DNA of 64,000 bases from Oculina patagonica (taxonomy: Eukaryota): positions 1,922,001-1,986,000 of the forward strand of contig NW_027558036.1 in assembly GCF_052425735.1 (NCBI RefSeq). The letters run 5' to 3'. The position numbers and the translations under genes were made by a program. Below, piece after piece: positions 46,591 to 58,708 of the stretch (the stretch's first letter is position 1; every line of letters starts with the position of its first letter). The notes below the pieces were generated by a model. It was not told the origin of the DNA and searched no databases. It saw nothing but the letters and a program-made list of their open reading frames with translations.

Positions 46591-47689
46591 TTAACACTCC
46601 TGCGAAAGTTTGCCACGACTTCGGTACTGGCAGAACTCACTTAAGCCTGCTATGGTGCTGTTCATAACTGATTATCACCAAACAATTATGTTGTCGCGAT
46701 GTAGTGTGATGGATGAGCTTCTGGACTTGTAATTCAAAATAGAAAGGGAAGTTGTGGGTTCGAATCGTTATCGGGAAACTTTTTTCTCCTTCATTTTTTT
46801 GTCCTCTTCTCTCTTTCTTTTTCTGTTTGTTTCGCTACGAATATACCATTTATTGTACCGTTGTCTGCATTTTAGAAACCATTTACTGAGACGCAAGCAT
46901 TACCGAAGTCGTTGTTTGATCTTTTTGAATTTTGGACGATACAATCTTATCAATATTCTTGACATGAAGAACTTAACGTTTACTTTTTATTTACGTCACG
47001 TGACTCAGAAACGAATGTTACCGGTTGGGGACTTCGGATATAGGGTACAGAAAGTAAAGTTCAATTGATCATTTCTGTGTGTAGTTCTCTTAGTTTCTAA
47101 GAGTTCTTCAAGAAATATAATTGTATTTATGTACTCGTTGAATGAGAATCGCTTAAGTAAACGAATAGGTCGCGTGTCATAATAAATAATTTAATACCTT
47201 CTAATGCAAAATAAAAAGAAAACAAGTGGCAGCTTACAAGGCAGACATACAGTGCTATTATGCAGTTCGACAGTTAAACAATATTTGTTTAAATTTTTGC
47301 TGAATAACCTTACCCCATTTCAAAAACGTATTAAGTGACGTCACAGACAAAGGTTGGACCAATAAAAATTATATATGTTTGATTTCCTATTAAACTAGTG
47401 AAACAGAGGTCAGGTTAATTTTGAAGACTGACTAATGCTGTGTTCACACTAGGCCGAAAAAAAAGTAGTGTGATCGCGATGAAAACATGTTTCGCTATGA
47501 AAAGTGTTCACATCAGACTGCACATTGCGCGAATCATGATCGAAACATGTTAATTCTAGTCTGAGCATGACTAAACAACAACACGAGGTAGTTTCAATCA
47601 TGATCAGACGAAACGCGTTAGACAGAATGACGGACATGCGGAGAGGAGGCAAACCGATTAGTTGATTTTTTTTTTTGCCTTAAGTTGAT

Positions 47690-48190
47690 TTTCTATTGCC
47701 TTTGAGTTAATTTGCCATAACGCAGATATTCTCTTTTGCAATAACGCAGATTTTCCTTTGTCGTCAATCAGTGATTTTATATTGCCGTGCGTTGAGTTGC
47801 CTTTGCTGTGAATTAGTTTTCGTTTGTTGTGAGGTGATTTTCTTTTGCCGTGAGTTGATTTGCTTTTCTTACAGTGAGTAATTCTCTTTTGCCGTGAGTT
47901 GATTTTCTCTTACTGTAAGCTGAGTTTGTTTTACCCTGAGATGATTTTCTTTCGTCATAAGTTGATTTCCTTCATTTGCCGTAAATTGATTCTCTTTTGC
48001 GTTGAGTAAATTTTCTTTTGCCGAAATTTTATTTCTTTTTGGAGCGGGTTTATTGTCTTTTGCTCGGTTCATGAGCTGATTTTTTGGCGTGAGTTTTATA
48101 TATAAGTTTATTTTCTTTTGCCGTGATTGATTTTCTTTTGCGGTGAGTTAATATTCTTTTACCATGAATTGAATACCTTTTTTTCCGTTA
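47690..48190. repeat. Degenerate ~21-bp minisatellite (TTTTCTTTTGCCGTGAGTTGA)
   Basis: Directly visible tandem units. Confidence 0.75.
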
Positions 48191-48816
48191 GTCGGTATTC
48201 AATTTATTCTATGGGCCACCGTACTTTAAATATTTTGTACGCTTAGTTACCACAGTAAATATATTATTGTAAATTCCTGTAAATAATGAATAACTGGGAA
48301 GCTCCGATTTTAGGCTTGATTAAATCTGTACCGATTTAAATTTTTTTGCGAGTTGTTTTCTTTTGCCGTAAATCAATTTTGTTCTGCTTTAAGATAATTG
48401 TCCCGTGAGCAAATTTTGCTGTGCTGTAAGACAATACCATAATTTTTATGTCGCTTAAAAACCAGAATGGAAAGTTAACACTATTAAAGTTAACACGTAA
48501 ATTCTACAATAATAAAAATATAATTAAGTGGGGTGCTTCGCTATTGGGCTTGCATTATTCTAAATACTACTCTTACGCCATACTTACGCTATTCGAAATA
48601 CTTGAAATAATGGAAATACTGCGCAAAAATTAATTTAACTTAATTAACTATAACGTTCATGATTTAATTAGTCCTGAATCCGAATCTTATGTACTTTAGT
48701 GACATAAAAAACAACCGAATTTAAGGCATCCGCTACAATAAGTTTATTTTAGAAGATTTGTTTTTGCTGCGACTCATTCCGATTTATTCATTGTTTTTTT
48801 CTCTATTTTTTAACAG

Positions 48817-48888
48817 AGATCTACAGCTGAATGAAATCAGTAGTATATCTTTAGACGCCTTTGCTGACGTGAAGGGACTTAATACGCT
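48817..48888 (+). CDS. Host gene LRR exon 2 (DLQLNEISSISLDAFADVKGLNTL)
   Basis: 72 nt, phase 2-2, polypyrimidine-CAG / GTATGT. Confidence 0.88.
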
Positions 48889-49331
48889 GTATGTTAATTT
48901 ATAAATGTAACTACATCAATCGCAAGTCCCTAATGTCGCCTTTCACCAAGATTAACGCTTAAAGTTTAGCCTTCATAAACGCTTTAAGTTTTCTCCCCCA
49001 AGCAAATTATGCTAAGTAATTGGTTGCATTTGCCATTTAGATACAACAAAATCAAGAAATTTGTACGCCCTATTTAAGTACATCCTTACTCCCTGATTCG
49101 TGAAGGAATCCACAGTATCACAATAAAACAAATACGGTAAACAGGAACAAAGGTTGCTTTTCCTGGAATGACCAAGAGTATTAAGTAATTTTAAATAACT
49201 CAGTTTTCTTTCACTTTCTTATTATTAGGTCTGGATAAGGCAGGTGTTATTAATATAAGTGAACGTGGACAATTAACAAAAAGAATAACATCTGGATGAT
49301 TTTGTTGTTCGTATTTTGTTTTTTCTCCTAG

Positions 49332-49403
49332 AAACTTACAAAACAACCGTATTCAGAATTTAACAGCAGATATTTTCTCACCTCTCCTGGCCTTGCAAAT
49401 GCT
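49332..49403 (+). CDS. Host gene LRR exon 3 (NLQNNRIQNLTADIFSPLLALQML)
   Basis: 72 nt, phase 2-2, TAG/GTAAGT. Confidence 0.88.
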
Positions 49404-49607
49404 GTAAGTACGTCAAAATTAACAATCGCTTTTAACGAAGAAGCCAGCCAACTTCAAAGAAGTCAGCAAATTTTGATAACTCAGTTTTCTTTCACTTTCT
49501 TATTTATTAGGACTAGGATTAGGCAGGGATCAGTAAGTAAACGTGGAAAGTAAACAGAAATAACATCTGGATGGTTTTTGATTGTTTGAATGTTTGTTTT
49601 CTCCTAG

Positions 49608-49679
49608 AAACGTAAAAGACAATCAAATTCAGAATTTAACAGCCGAAATTTTCTCTTCTCTCATGGGTTTGCGAGTGCT
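49608..49679 (+). CDS. Host gene LRR exon 4 (NVKDNQIQNLTAEIFSSLMGLRVL)
   Basis: 72 nt, phase 2-2, TAG/GTAAGT; tandem duplicate of exon 3. Confidence 0.85.
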
Positions 49680-50816
49680 GTAAGTACATCAAAAATCGTT
49701 TTGAACGTAGAAGCCAGCCAATTTCAAATTATTGATTTTCTTTTCCTGTAAATAAAAAGTTTAATAGTTCCTCCCCGAATTATTGCACATTGATTAAAAT
49801 AAATCGGATCAAGGTGTAATGATTTGCACGGTAATTTGTTAAAAAGCCTGAGATGATAACGTTTAATTGCCATCCAAAGCTTTACGTGAAAGTGCTAAAA
49901 TTGGGTATCTTCAGAAGCTTACAATGTATCTTGGTATGTCGGATGCACAGATACAATTAGCGCGAACATCCTTAATATGTTGTTAGTCAATTGTGATTTT
50001 GTGCTTTTAATGTAATGTATAAAAATGAAAAGAAAAAGATGCACGCACCGTTAAATATCAGTGACAAGTTAGGGGTCGCATTTCACATCTGCCGAATTTA
50101 ATACCCGAATTTGAAGAGTCGCAGTTAATTCATGAGCGAGTTTCATTCTCGTTACCATAGTCCTTTTCGCGTCTCTTAGCCGGTGGGTCTTGGCACGAGT
50201 AACGAAGGGCTCTGAAGACAAAGGGAATTCAAATAGTTTCAAAGTTTTTGATTGGCTGTTTAAAAACAAGGCTTGAACAGAAGTCAAAATGTTCGCGCCC
50301 ATTGCGTACACGAAATTATAAACAGCCGTATTTTCGAAATGGAAGACATGAAGAATTTCGGAGAATATTCTCCCAAACTAATAGCGTTCAACCTGTTACT
50401 ACTTTCTCCATCCTGGAGTCTCGTTTTTTTTTTCAAAACCCAAGCCCTTGATGCAGAATGGAAAAGCGCGTTTTAAACATGTGTATTTGAGAAAAACAAG
50501 AAAAACAATCGCACCCGATTCCGCCATTTTGTTTCTGCCGATCCGCTCATAGCATTTAGGAAAAAATGAAGAATTGTGAGTTAAACATAATTTAAATCAT
50601 TTTGTTTAATTTATGCATTCGATTCGACACATGTCAAGTTCGTCGTATAAAGCGACTGTCGAACCTCTGTCAAATATTCGACTTGCCCAGTCGACGATGC
50701 AACAGAAGTTGCATTTAATCGATTGAAACGTCGAAATTTGCAACATTTAATTCCTGAATTAGATTCGGCAAACGCGAAATTCGACGTATAAACCGAGCCT
50801 AAACTCAGGCGGACTA

Positions 50817-51015
50817 CTGCCTCGTCCCCAGGCGTCCTTCTCCTTGGTCGTGCACGGTTCGCTGGGCGTTGTGGGACTGATGTGCACGGTTCGCTTGGCG
50901 TTGTGGAACTAATGCGGACGGGAAAAAGGACACAACCTAGCCATCAACCCTCGCGCTACCTGCTTTCCCGCCTTACCTTAACCATCCGGCCGATCAGCGC
51001 CTGGGGACGAGGCAG
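50817..51015. mobile_element. Short MITE
   Basis: 18-bp TIR CTGCCTCGTCCCCAGGCG ... CGCCTGGGGACGAGGCAG. Confidence 0.65.
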
Positions 51016-51506
51016 GGCGGGATATATACTCGCTGTTACGTGACAAGCATCACGTCAATATGTTTTTGACAACTTTGATTCAGAATTAGCTTTCTTCATA
51101 TTCAACATGGGTCAACATGAACAGTTCGTTTGCTCAGTTGTAACTGAGAATCCTAATTTTTTCGCGGAAAGGTCTGTACAAAAATATTACTCACACATGT
51201 GTGAGTGTGGTAAAGTGGTAAAGGGTTTTATTATGATCGATGAAAGGCCCTTTTTCCGTAAATTGTGTAATTTTTTTGTCGTTAAACGTGATTTGGTTAC
51301 ACTGTTGTGAACTGTGAAACGACTTTTCTATGAGAATTGCGAAATGACCGTTGTTAATTCTCGTTTACTGTGACTGTAAATCGTGCTTTTTTTTTCTTTC
51401 CAGAAGATTCCCCAGTAAACGTTTGAAAACAGGACTACGTGTGGTAAAGTGCGTGACTAGGGACTGATCGCCTGGCATAAATTTTAATCGAACTTTATCG
51501 AACTTA

Positions 51507-54500
51507 CCTGCCATACGGAGGTAGATCCCGCAATATGAGCGGCGGGCAAAACTGAGTTTTCCTACGTCATCGCTACAAACATGAAGTGACACTTCACTGT
51601 CGACTTAATAAAGTATATTTCGATTTCCCATTGTTTTTCTCCACCAAGGCTCGAAAGTCGTGTATTTTTCCGAAGTTAATAAAAATAAAGCCCAACACAA
51701 ACCTATTTCCTGCCATCTTGGAACTAATCTCACTGATACTGAGTTTCATTTGAAGAATTGCATCCCAAAACGTTAAAGAACTTGTTTGGTAAGCGCGTCG
51801 TCGGCTACCCGGTAGCTCAATTTTGCCGTCACTGATTTTTTATTTTGTAATTTTTGTTTGTGTTTTGGACTTCAAATGTGAAATTTGCCATTCGATCTGT
51901 AAGGTATGTGTTCACCTGACGGGGGTTCCTCCAACTTAAGGACGACAGAAGTGAACATCAACAAAAGAGATTGTTGCAAACTGACGAGAAGTGGCTAGTA
52001 TCTCGACTGAAAAGAATGGCGAGGCTTTCTTTACAGTCTTTAGCATAAATCAATTGTCAATTTTCAGCCGCTGCTCGTCCACTTGAAATCACGAAAATGC
52101 CCATCCCCGGAGATATCAATCTACAAATAAACGACTTATAACGATGTACAAATTCGGCGTGACTAAAAAAAAGCAGTTACAATAATTCTATATGGCAAGC
52201 AGGACAACAGAAAAAGTTTTGGGGAAAAATTTTGGCAGAAAAAACTGGCCCTAATCAGAAACTCTTAAGGTAGGAGAATAAAATATAGACCTAAAAAAGC
52301 GGCTGTTTTGTATCAAAACACATTAATACAAAATATTAATGTAAATGCTGTTTTGAGACGTATTAAGAAATACCTATCGAGGGATTCTTTAATTACTTTG
52401 GTTCATGCTTTTATAACCAGCCGTCTTGACTATTGTAATGGTTTATTGTTTGGCTTACCAAAGGCGCAGATTGCTAAATTACAACGTGTACCAAATGCAG
52501 CAGCAAGACTTATTCTTGGCATCGGAAAGTTTTCTCACATTACACCGGCGCTTTACGAGCTGCACTGGCTGCCGGTTTCTTTGCGTATTGATTATAAGAT
52601 TTTACTTTTGACTTTTAAATGTATTTATGGCCTGGCGCCAACTTATCTTAGCGATCTAATTAGGATAAAATCGAATTCATTATACAATCTTAGGTCTACT
52701 GGCATGCCCTTATTGGACCATCCCAAGGGAAAGATGCTGTCAACATTGGGAGCTAGATCATTTTCAGTGGCAGCTCCGAAACTTTGGAATGTTCTACCTG
52801 TGGAGCTTCGTCAAGCCACATCACTTGACTGTTTCAAATCTCAACTTAAAACTTATCTTTTTAAGAAGTATTTTTATAATCTATAACTTTATTTTTATTT
52901 TCATAAGATGAAAAGCGCTATTGATCAGAACATGAAAATATGCGCTATATAAATTAGCAAATTATTATTATTATTATTATTATTATTAAAAAATAAAATT
53001 TATGGCGTACTATCAAGGGACCAGTGATCAACAGTGTTTAACTGTTTTGTAACAGTGCTAATCAGTTACAACTCCAAAATATTGCACCTGTTTCTGATGA
53101 AGTAGCACTGAAGTGTTTATAATCTAGAAACTAAGAAAACCACCAAAATATTGGCACATTAAATCTCAGAATCAAGCACTGTTAACAGATCTTCACATGA
53201 GGGTTTCTAAACTCTTTGAGTAGCCATTTTTTCAACTTACAGGACTACAAATTCTGAAATCATTAAGCCTTTTTGCAAATGGATTACATCCTTTACAAGG
53301 ATAATGGCAAGGCTGTTCTTATTTTAAAAATTGGATTTACACACGGGCATTATCCAATTAAGATGGAAAATATGTTGTTTTGTATTAGGGACTTAATTAA
53401 CAAGCCTGAAAATCTAATCCTAAAAATAGAAACCAACAAAACAAAACTTGAAATACAAAATTTAAATTATTATAGTCAACCTTTGTATTAAAATTGAAGT
53501 GATATTTATTTTGTACTTTAATTAAACAGTCCCTTAATAAGGGCTTCCTAGTATTTACTGAGAAAGAATCTTTATAAACCTAAACGAAATTAAAAGCTCT
53601 TGCCAAATGAAATGAGACAAAAAGGACATAGCAGTTCACAGCAAAATTATTACAATTCTTAAACTGGAGAAGCCTGACTCTATCGATCTAGAACTTTGAA
53701 ATTCAACAATTGAAAAGTTGATTTAAAAAGTTTAGTTTAGTAAATCTCACTCGAAAAGATTTATCTTTTCCTAAAGTAAGGATTTCAATTGTACTAAGAA
53801 ATTTACATGCAGGCACAAAAACAAAACAGAAGATATCATCTTTAAAAATCAAACAAAACAAAGTTTCTACTCTACAGTTTCTACCTGACAAATGCTACAA
53901 CTGTTTGAAAGGCATCCATATCCAGAATTCATCATGTCCTTTTACTATTCATGACTTCAGAACTATAGCTGCGAATTGAACAATCTTCACAGGAACATCC
54001 CAGTAGTACTCTACCCAACGCTAGTTAAAGCGGCGAACATAACAGCGATCAAACTTTTAAATGTGGTGAAGAAGAAAGCGAATTTCTCGTTAAAATGTAC
54101 TTTGGTCTGGGAGGCAGTTTAACGAACTTCCTCGATGTCGAGTCCAACCATGGATAGTACTATCCATGGTCAACCGACCAGAGCGTCGGAGTCTTCAAAT
54201 GCAGCATGAATCTCGCCCAGCGATCGCCATTCCAGCAAGTCAGACACGAACAGCATCGCACAGGAAATCAAAATCAGTCGCTGCACTTTGTTGAAAAAGA
54301 CTGTTAACTCAGTGGGACGACATCAGAAACCAGCGATTCGACTTCGAGCCATGTTGAACATTTTCCGCACCTTACTTCATGTAATTTCTCTGTTTTTACC
54401 TCGTTAACCACAACCAATCAGAGAGCACAAAACCTAAGTGACGTAGGAAAACTCAGTTTTTCCCCGAAGCCGGGCTCTGATTGGCTAATTTAAATTTTGA

Positions 54501-54521
54501 TGGCGCGGACCGTATGGCAGG
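51507..54521. mobile_element. ~3-kb non-autonomous TIR element, TA-flanked
   Basis: TA-CCTGCCATACGG ... CCGTATGGCAGG-TA, plus a second inverted pair AAAACTGAGTTTTCCTACGTCA (~51548) / TGACGTAGGAAAACTCAGTTTT (~54439). Confidence 0.65.
52353..52988 (+). mobile_element. 5'-truncated CR1/L2-group LINE (ORF2 C-terminus + (ATT)n tail)
   Basis: LVHAFITSRLDYCNGLLFGLP...LQRV.NAAARL...LHWLPV..RIDYK...FSVAAPKLWN.LP, stop at 52886, (ATT)n at 52961-52987. Confidence 0.88.
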
Positions 54522-54929
54522 TATACCTTGGATTGAGTTCGATTGAGTTCGACAATCGAACAAAATCGAACACGCGCAAACACAAAAAGTTGCAAAATGG
54601 TCCATTTTCATTAAAAATTGCTATATTAAAGCAACGAAATTAACAAGCATTTTTGGCTGCGGATGGCTAGGATGGAAATGGATTGCAATTGAAAAATTTA
54701 GTAAGGCTAAACTTTTCAAAGTTTTCAGTTCCGCTTGTCGTAAAAGATTGATATTTGTACCGAAGTTTGATTATGATTATCTACAAATTAAGGCTGTATC
54801 TCCCATTAGATCGATGTTCAAAAAATGTTTTTCATGGGTTTGGTCGCTATCACTAATTAATTCCGGAACAGTTTAGTTCAAAAATCTGCAAAATTCTCGT
54901 GACGTAGCTCCTTTAAAAAGTGTCCTCAA

Positions 54930-55870
54930 GATCTATCGACGGGAGCAGTTTATAAAACTAACTGCAGAGACTGTGAGAGAGTTTATATAAGACAAACATT
55001 ACGAGTGTTAATATCTAGAACAAGAGAGCACAAAAGAGCTGTTTTTACTGTTGACAAGCTAGAACTCTCTATTGGTGCAAGAACTCTGATCTCAGTCTGT
55101 TGCATGCAAAACAATCGAAAATTCGATTTCGATGACGTAAAGATTATAGCCGTTGTTCTTTTGATCAGACTGTTTTCAAAAGCGTGGCATTCTATTCGAA
55201 GCCGAATTCGACTACCTTATTCTTACTAATTTTCGCGAGTACTAATTTTCGCGGTTTTCGCGATATACAAAAAAATGCGAAATTTAAAACGCGCGAAAAA
55301 AACATTGCGCGAAATTTAAACACGCGAAAATTGATACCATATATATCAAAACAATAAAAATATTAAATGTTTGGAACTGCATCTATCTACCCTTATAAAT
55401 ATCTTTCCGTCTTGTTTTCGACTAGCATCCTTCCTCTATAAGTGTTTTCTTAAGCTAATAAATTGGCCAAAACCTCTTCATTACAGTCACCAGTTTTCGT
55501 TTGCAGGTTTCCTGTAGTTACATTGAACCAGACCTTTGTATATTCCCAGTAGTCTTTGACAAACTGATCCATAAAACACTGACAAAATCGAGAAATTTAA
55601 TACACTTTTGATCTAATTTTTCTTACAATCGCGAAAATTAATACTCGCAAAATTCGGCTCCTGAATTTTCGCGAAATTAAGTACGCGCGAAAATTAGTAA
55701 GAATAAGGTAAGAAACACATGAACACTCCCGACATGTACAGAATCCTGTTCTGAATCACTAGTGGGTTATCGCCTTTTTTTAATAAAGAAAAATATTTAC
55801 ATCTGGACGCCCTTTTCAATTTGTGCTGAAGAAGGTTACAGCATTTTTAACCGAAAAGCCAGATATTTTT
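54930..55870 (+). pseudogene. Decayed Penelope 3' end (GIY-YIG relic + degenerate hammerhead), split by a MITE
   Basis: YIRQT..ISRTREHKRAV and RLFSKAWHS fragments; CTGAAGA-GGTTA..TAACC-GAAA at 55826-55856. Confidence 0.55.
55215..55708. mobile_element. MITE, TA TSD
   Basis: CCTTATTCTTACTAATTTTCGCG ... CGCGAAAATTAGTAAGAATAAGG with TA flanks; CGCGAAA subterminal motifs. Confidence 0.85.
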
Positions 55871-56437
55871 TTACAGTTTTAGTCAGTGAGAACAATTATT
55901 TTTAGTTTTTATGCATAAAACGTGAAATAGCCAATTTATGTTTTGGGTGAAACGTGATTTAGATCACCTCTTTTACCAACCACTTCTACCACCCTCATGC
56001 GTGTCGCATTGCAAAATACAAGTTTGTCTTGAAAAACATTTAGGCCGTATTTTACTTGTTCTTTTTAACTTGATCAATCAAGTAACTCGATCGATCGTTT
56101 GGATATTCACCATTTAACTGAATTAATATTTTTCAAATTTGACAACAGCGGCGAACTTTCGTCTTTGCCAGCGCAAGCCCCATTTGCCCAGATTTTTTAT
56201 TTAATATTTTGATAGCATCTGGTCATTTTGACTTGACGTCCAACACACCAAGATGCATTTTTCGCACAAAACTTGGGATGGTTATTATTGAAAGAGTGTT
56301 GTTCAATTACAGCAGATTTTTTAAAGTACCATTGCTAGAAAGAGGAACAGCAGCGCTCTCATTAACATGTGCAGTTAACGTCTCTTTTAATTTTTTATCG
56401 CCCTGTACTGACGATAATTTGTCTCCTTTTATTTCAG

Positions 56438-56509
56438 GGACTTGTCATCCAATAAAATTCCATATCTACCTACAGGGTTATTCACGAAGCAAACGAGCTT
56501 GAGACGGTT
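56438..56509 (+). CDS. Host gene LRR exon 5 (DLSSNKIPYLPTGLFTKQTSLRRL)
   Basis: 72 nt, phase 2-2, TTTCAG/GTACGT. Confidence 0.88.
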
Positions 56510-56779
56510 GTACGTTTGTCAGCATTTTTCGTTCTTTTCGTCGATCTTATTGTAGTATAAATTCAAAGGACCAGTGTCACGGCTTGGTTAAGTTTTGCCA
56601 AATACTCGCTATGAAACTCAAAATTTTGGCAAAGAACCATACCGCAATCCGTTAGGTGGCTTATTTTATGTTTTACTTAATTCTGTGGCCATTTTTTCAT
56701 GTTTAAATTTGGCTTAAATTCATGACACAGTTCCCTTAAGAAAAGCCGTCGACTCATACAGAAGGTACAATCAATAACC

Positions 56780-57245
56780 AAATGTTGGCGCAGTTGCTGT
56801 TTTTCTTACAGCTTGTTATAAAAGTTAAGTAATTTCCCCGCTCCCCCTTTGCAATGTTGCGTAGCATGCAAAAAAATAATGCCTGCAATTGCTGCTTACT
56901 TTTGCTCATGAAACACACTGCACGGGGAGTCTGGGCACATTGTACTGTCCAACATTGAAATGGGGGGAGGGGGTGGGTGGGCCAACGACTTTTGTCAATG
57001 ATTGCAATCAGTGACAAAATGTTGGCGCAGTTGCTGTTTTTCTTACTTGTAACATATAAAAGTTAAGTATTCCCCTCTCCCCCTTCGCAATGTTGCGTAG
57101 CATACAAAAAATAATGCCTGCAATTGCTGCTTACTCTTGCTCACAAACTGAGACGCAGTGCACGGGGAGCTTAGGCACATTGTACTATCCAACATTGAAA
57201 CGGGGGGAGGGAGTGGATGGGCCAACGACTTTTGTCAATTATTGT
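56780..57245. repeat. Two-copy tandem repeat, ~237-bp period
   Basis: AAATGTTGGCGCAGTTGCTGTTTTTCTTAC at 56780 and 57017. Confidence 0.85.
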
Positions 57246-58549
57246 AGGCCGCTTTTGTACGCGCGCTTTTCGTAGGTTCTTGGCATTAAAAAAATAAAAA
57301 TCTTCTCGCAGGAAAATTTTTCAAGGAATTAAATTTGGAGCTAATCCTTGTTGTTTTTGTCTTATGATATATTAGGCGTCTTTTTTTCCCAGAAAACATG
57401 TCAGAGTTTGTTATTTGGGCGATCAGTGTTTATCATGTCAGCTTAAAAACTTGTTAAAAGTGTTCTAAAAATGTAAAATAATCTTATTAACAATTTTAAG
57501 AAACTAAATATTTGGCAAACGTTCTCTTGCCTTCGTCAGACGTAGTTTGAAACAGTGTAACTGCATGCATAATCGGATCTTATTTGCTGCTAGTCTCCAA
57601 TGATGCAGACAAAGGTAACTAAACATTTATAAATGTAAATGTTTAGAAGCGAGAGAATAAAGTAAGCACTTGCAAACCTGCGGCACAAAATAGAATCATG
57701 TAAAATAGAATCATTCTGTAAATGTTCGTTTACGGAGTTTTGGTGTCGAATGGAATGCAAAACCTCTAGAAATAGGCGTTCTAGTCATTCAGGTTTCTTT
57801 CTAGAATTTCAACGTAGTCTTGTTTAATGTCGTAATCTGTTGCTCCCTCAGAGATTGGCCAAAAATCATGTCAAGAAAAAGAAAACTAAACAATAAAAAT
57901 ATTAATGGATATAAGCAAAGCAAGCCAATAGTACTGAGCTTAACATTGGCGACAAATTATTAAGTAATGAAATCCAAGACCAACTGGAGGAAGGAATCGT
58001 GGATAGAGTTAATGATTAGCCTCAGGAAGAAAGGGAGTTTGGATCTTCTTTACAACTAGGGTCATACAGGGATATTTTTGTGATGCGTGTTTAGCAGATT
58101 TGATTTTCCGTGAAACTTGCTTATTTTCGTCATGGTTCAAAACCTTTTCAAAGCTAGCTGTTGCGCTTTGTGGCGATTTTTAGCAGTCAGTCTTGCAGGT
58201 ACACACAGGTTTTAGGCTTTGATATTCACTAGTCCGTTGATCGATTCAACACAGTCACTGTTTTTTCTTGGTGGAACTCTAAAGCAACAGCTAGAAAACT
58301 TGAAAGCCAAATATCACGAAGATTTTGAGGATCGTTAGTGGAAGAATTACCCTTGCCCAGGGCGCAATTTATAATTTGAAAAGGTTACAGTCTTAGTATA
58401 TTGACAAGCGGAGTTTAAACTACATACATGCCACTCTTATGTGGTGAGATAGAAATCTCTAAAGAAATTTCGTGCGACTGTGTAGCGCATACAACTAGTG
58501 AAATAAAATGTAAATGAAAAGGAAAAATGCGCCAGATGGTGGTAAAAAG

Positions 58550-58592
58550 TTTCCATACGTTTCGGGGCTACTGCCCCTTCTTCAGTGGAAAA
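58550..58592 (-). ncRNA. Minimal type I hammerhead ribozyme (3' pLTR)
   Basis: UUUCCA-CUGAAGA-A-GGGGC-AGUA-GCCCC-GAAACGUA-UGGAAA: conserved core, stem II, palindromic ACGU stem III, GUA cleavage site. Confidence 0.88.
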
Positions 58593-58708
58593 TGTAAAAT
58601 GCTATCTAACGGAAATCAGCACGTGCGCGTGATCAAAGTATTTGAAAGTTTACAAATCAAAAACGTACGCCACAAGCGCGCGCGCTTGTTAGAGTGAACA
58701 TGAGAAGA

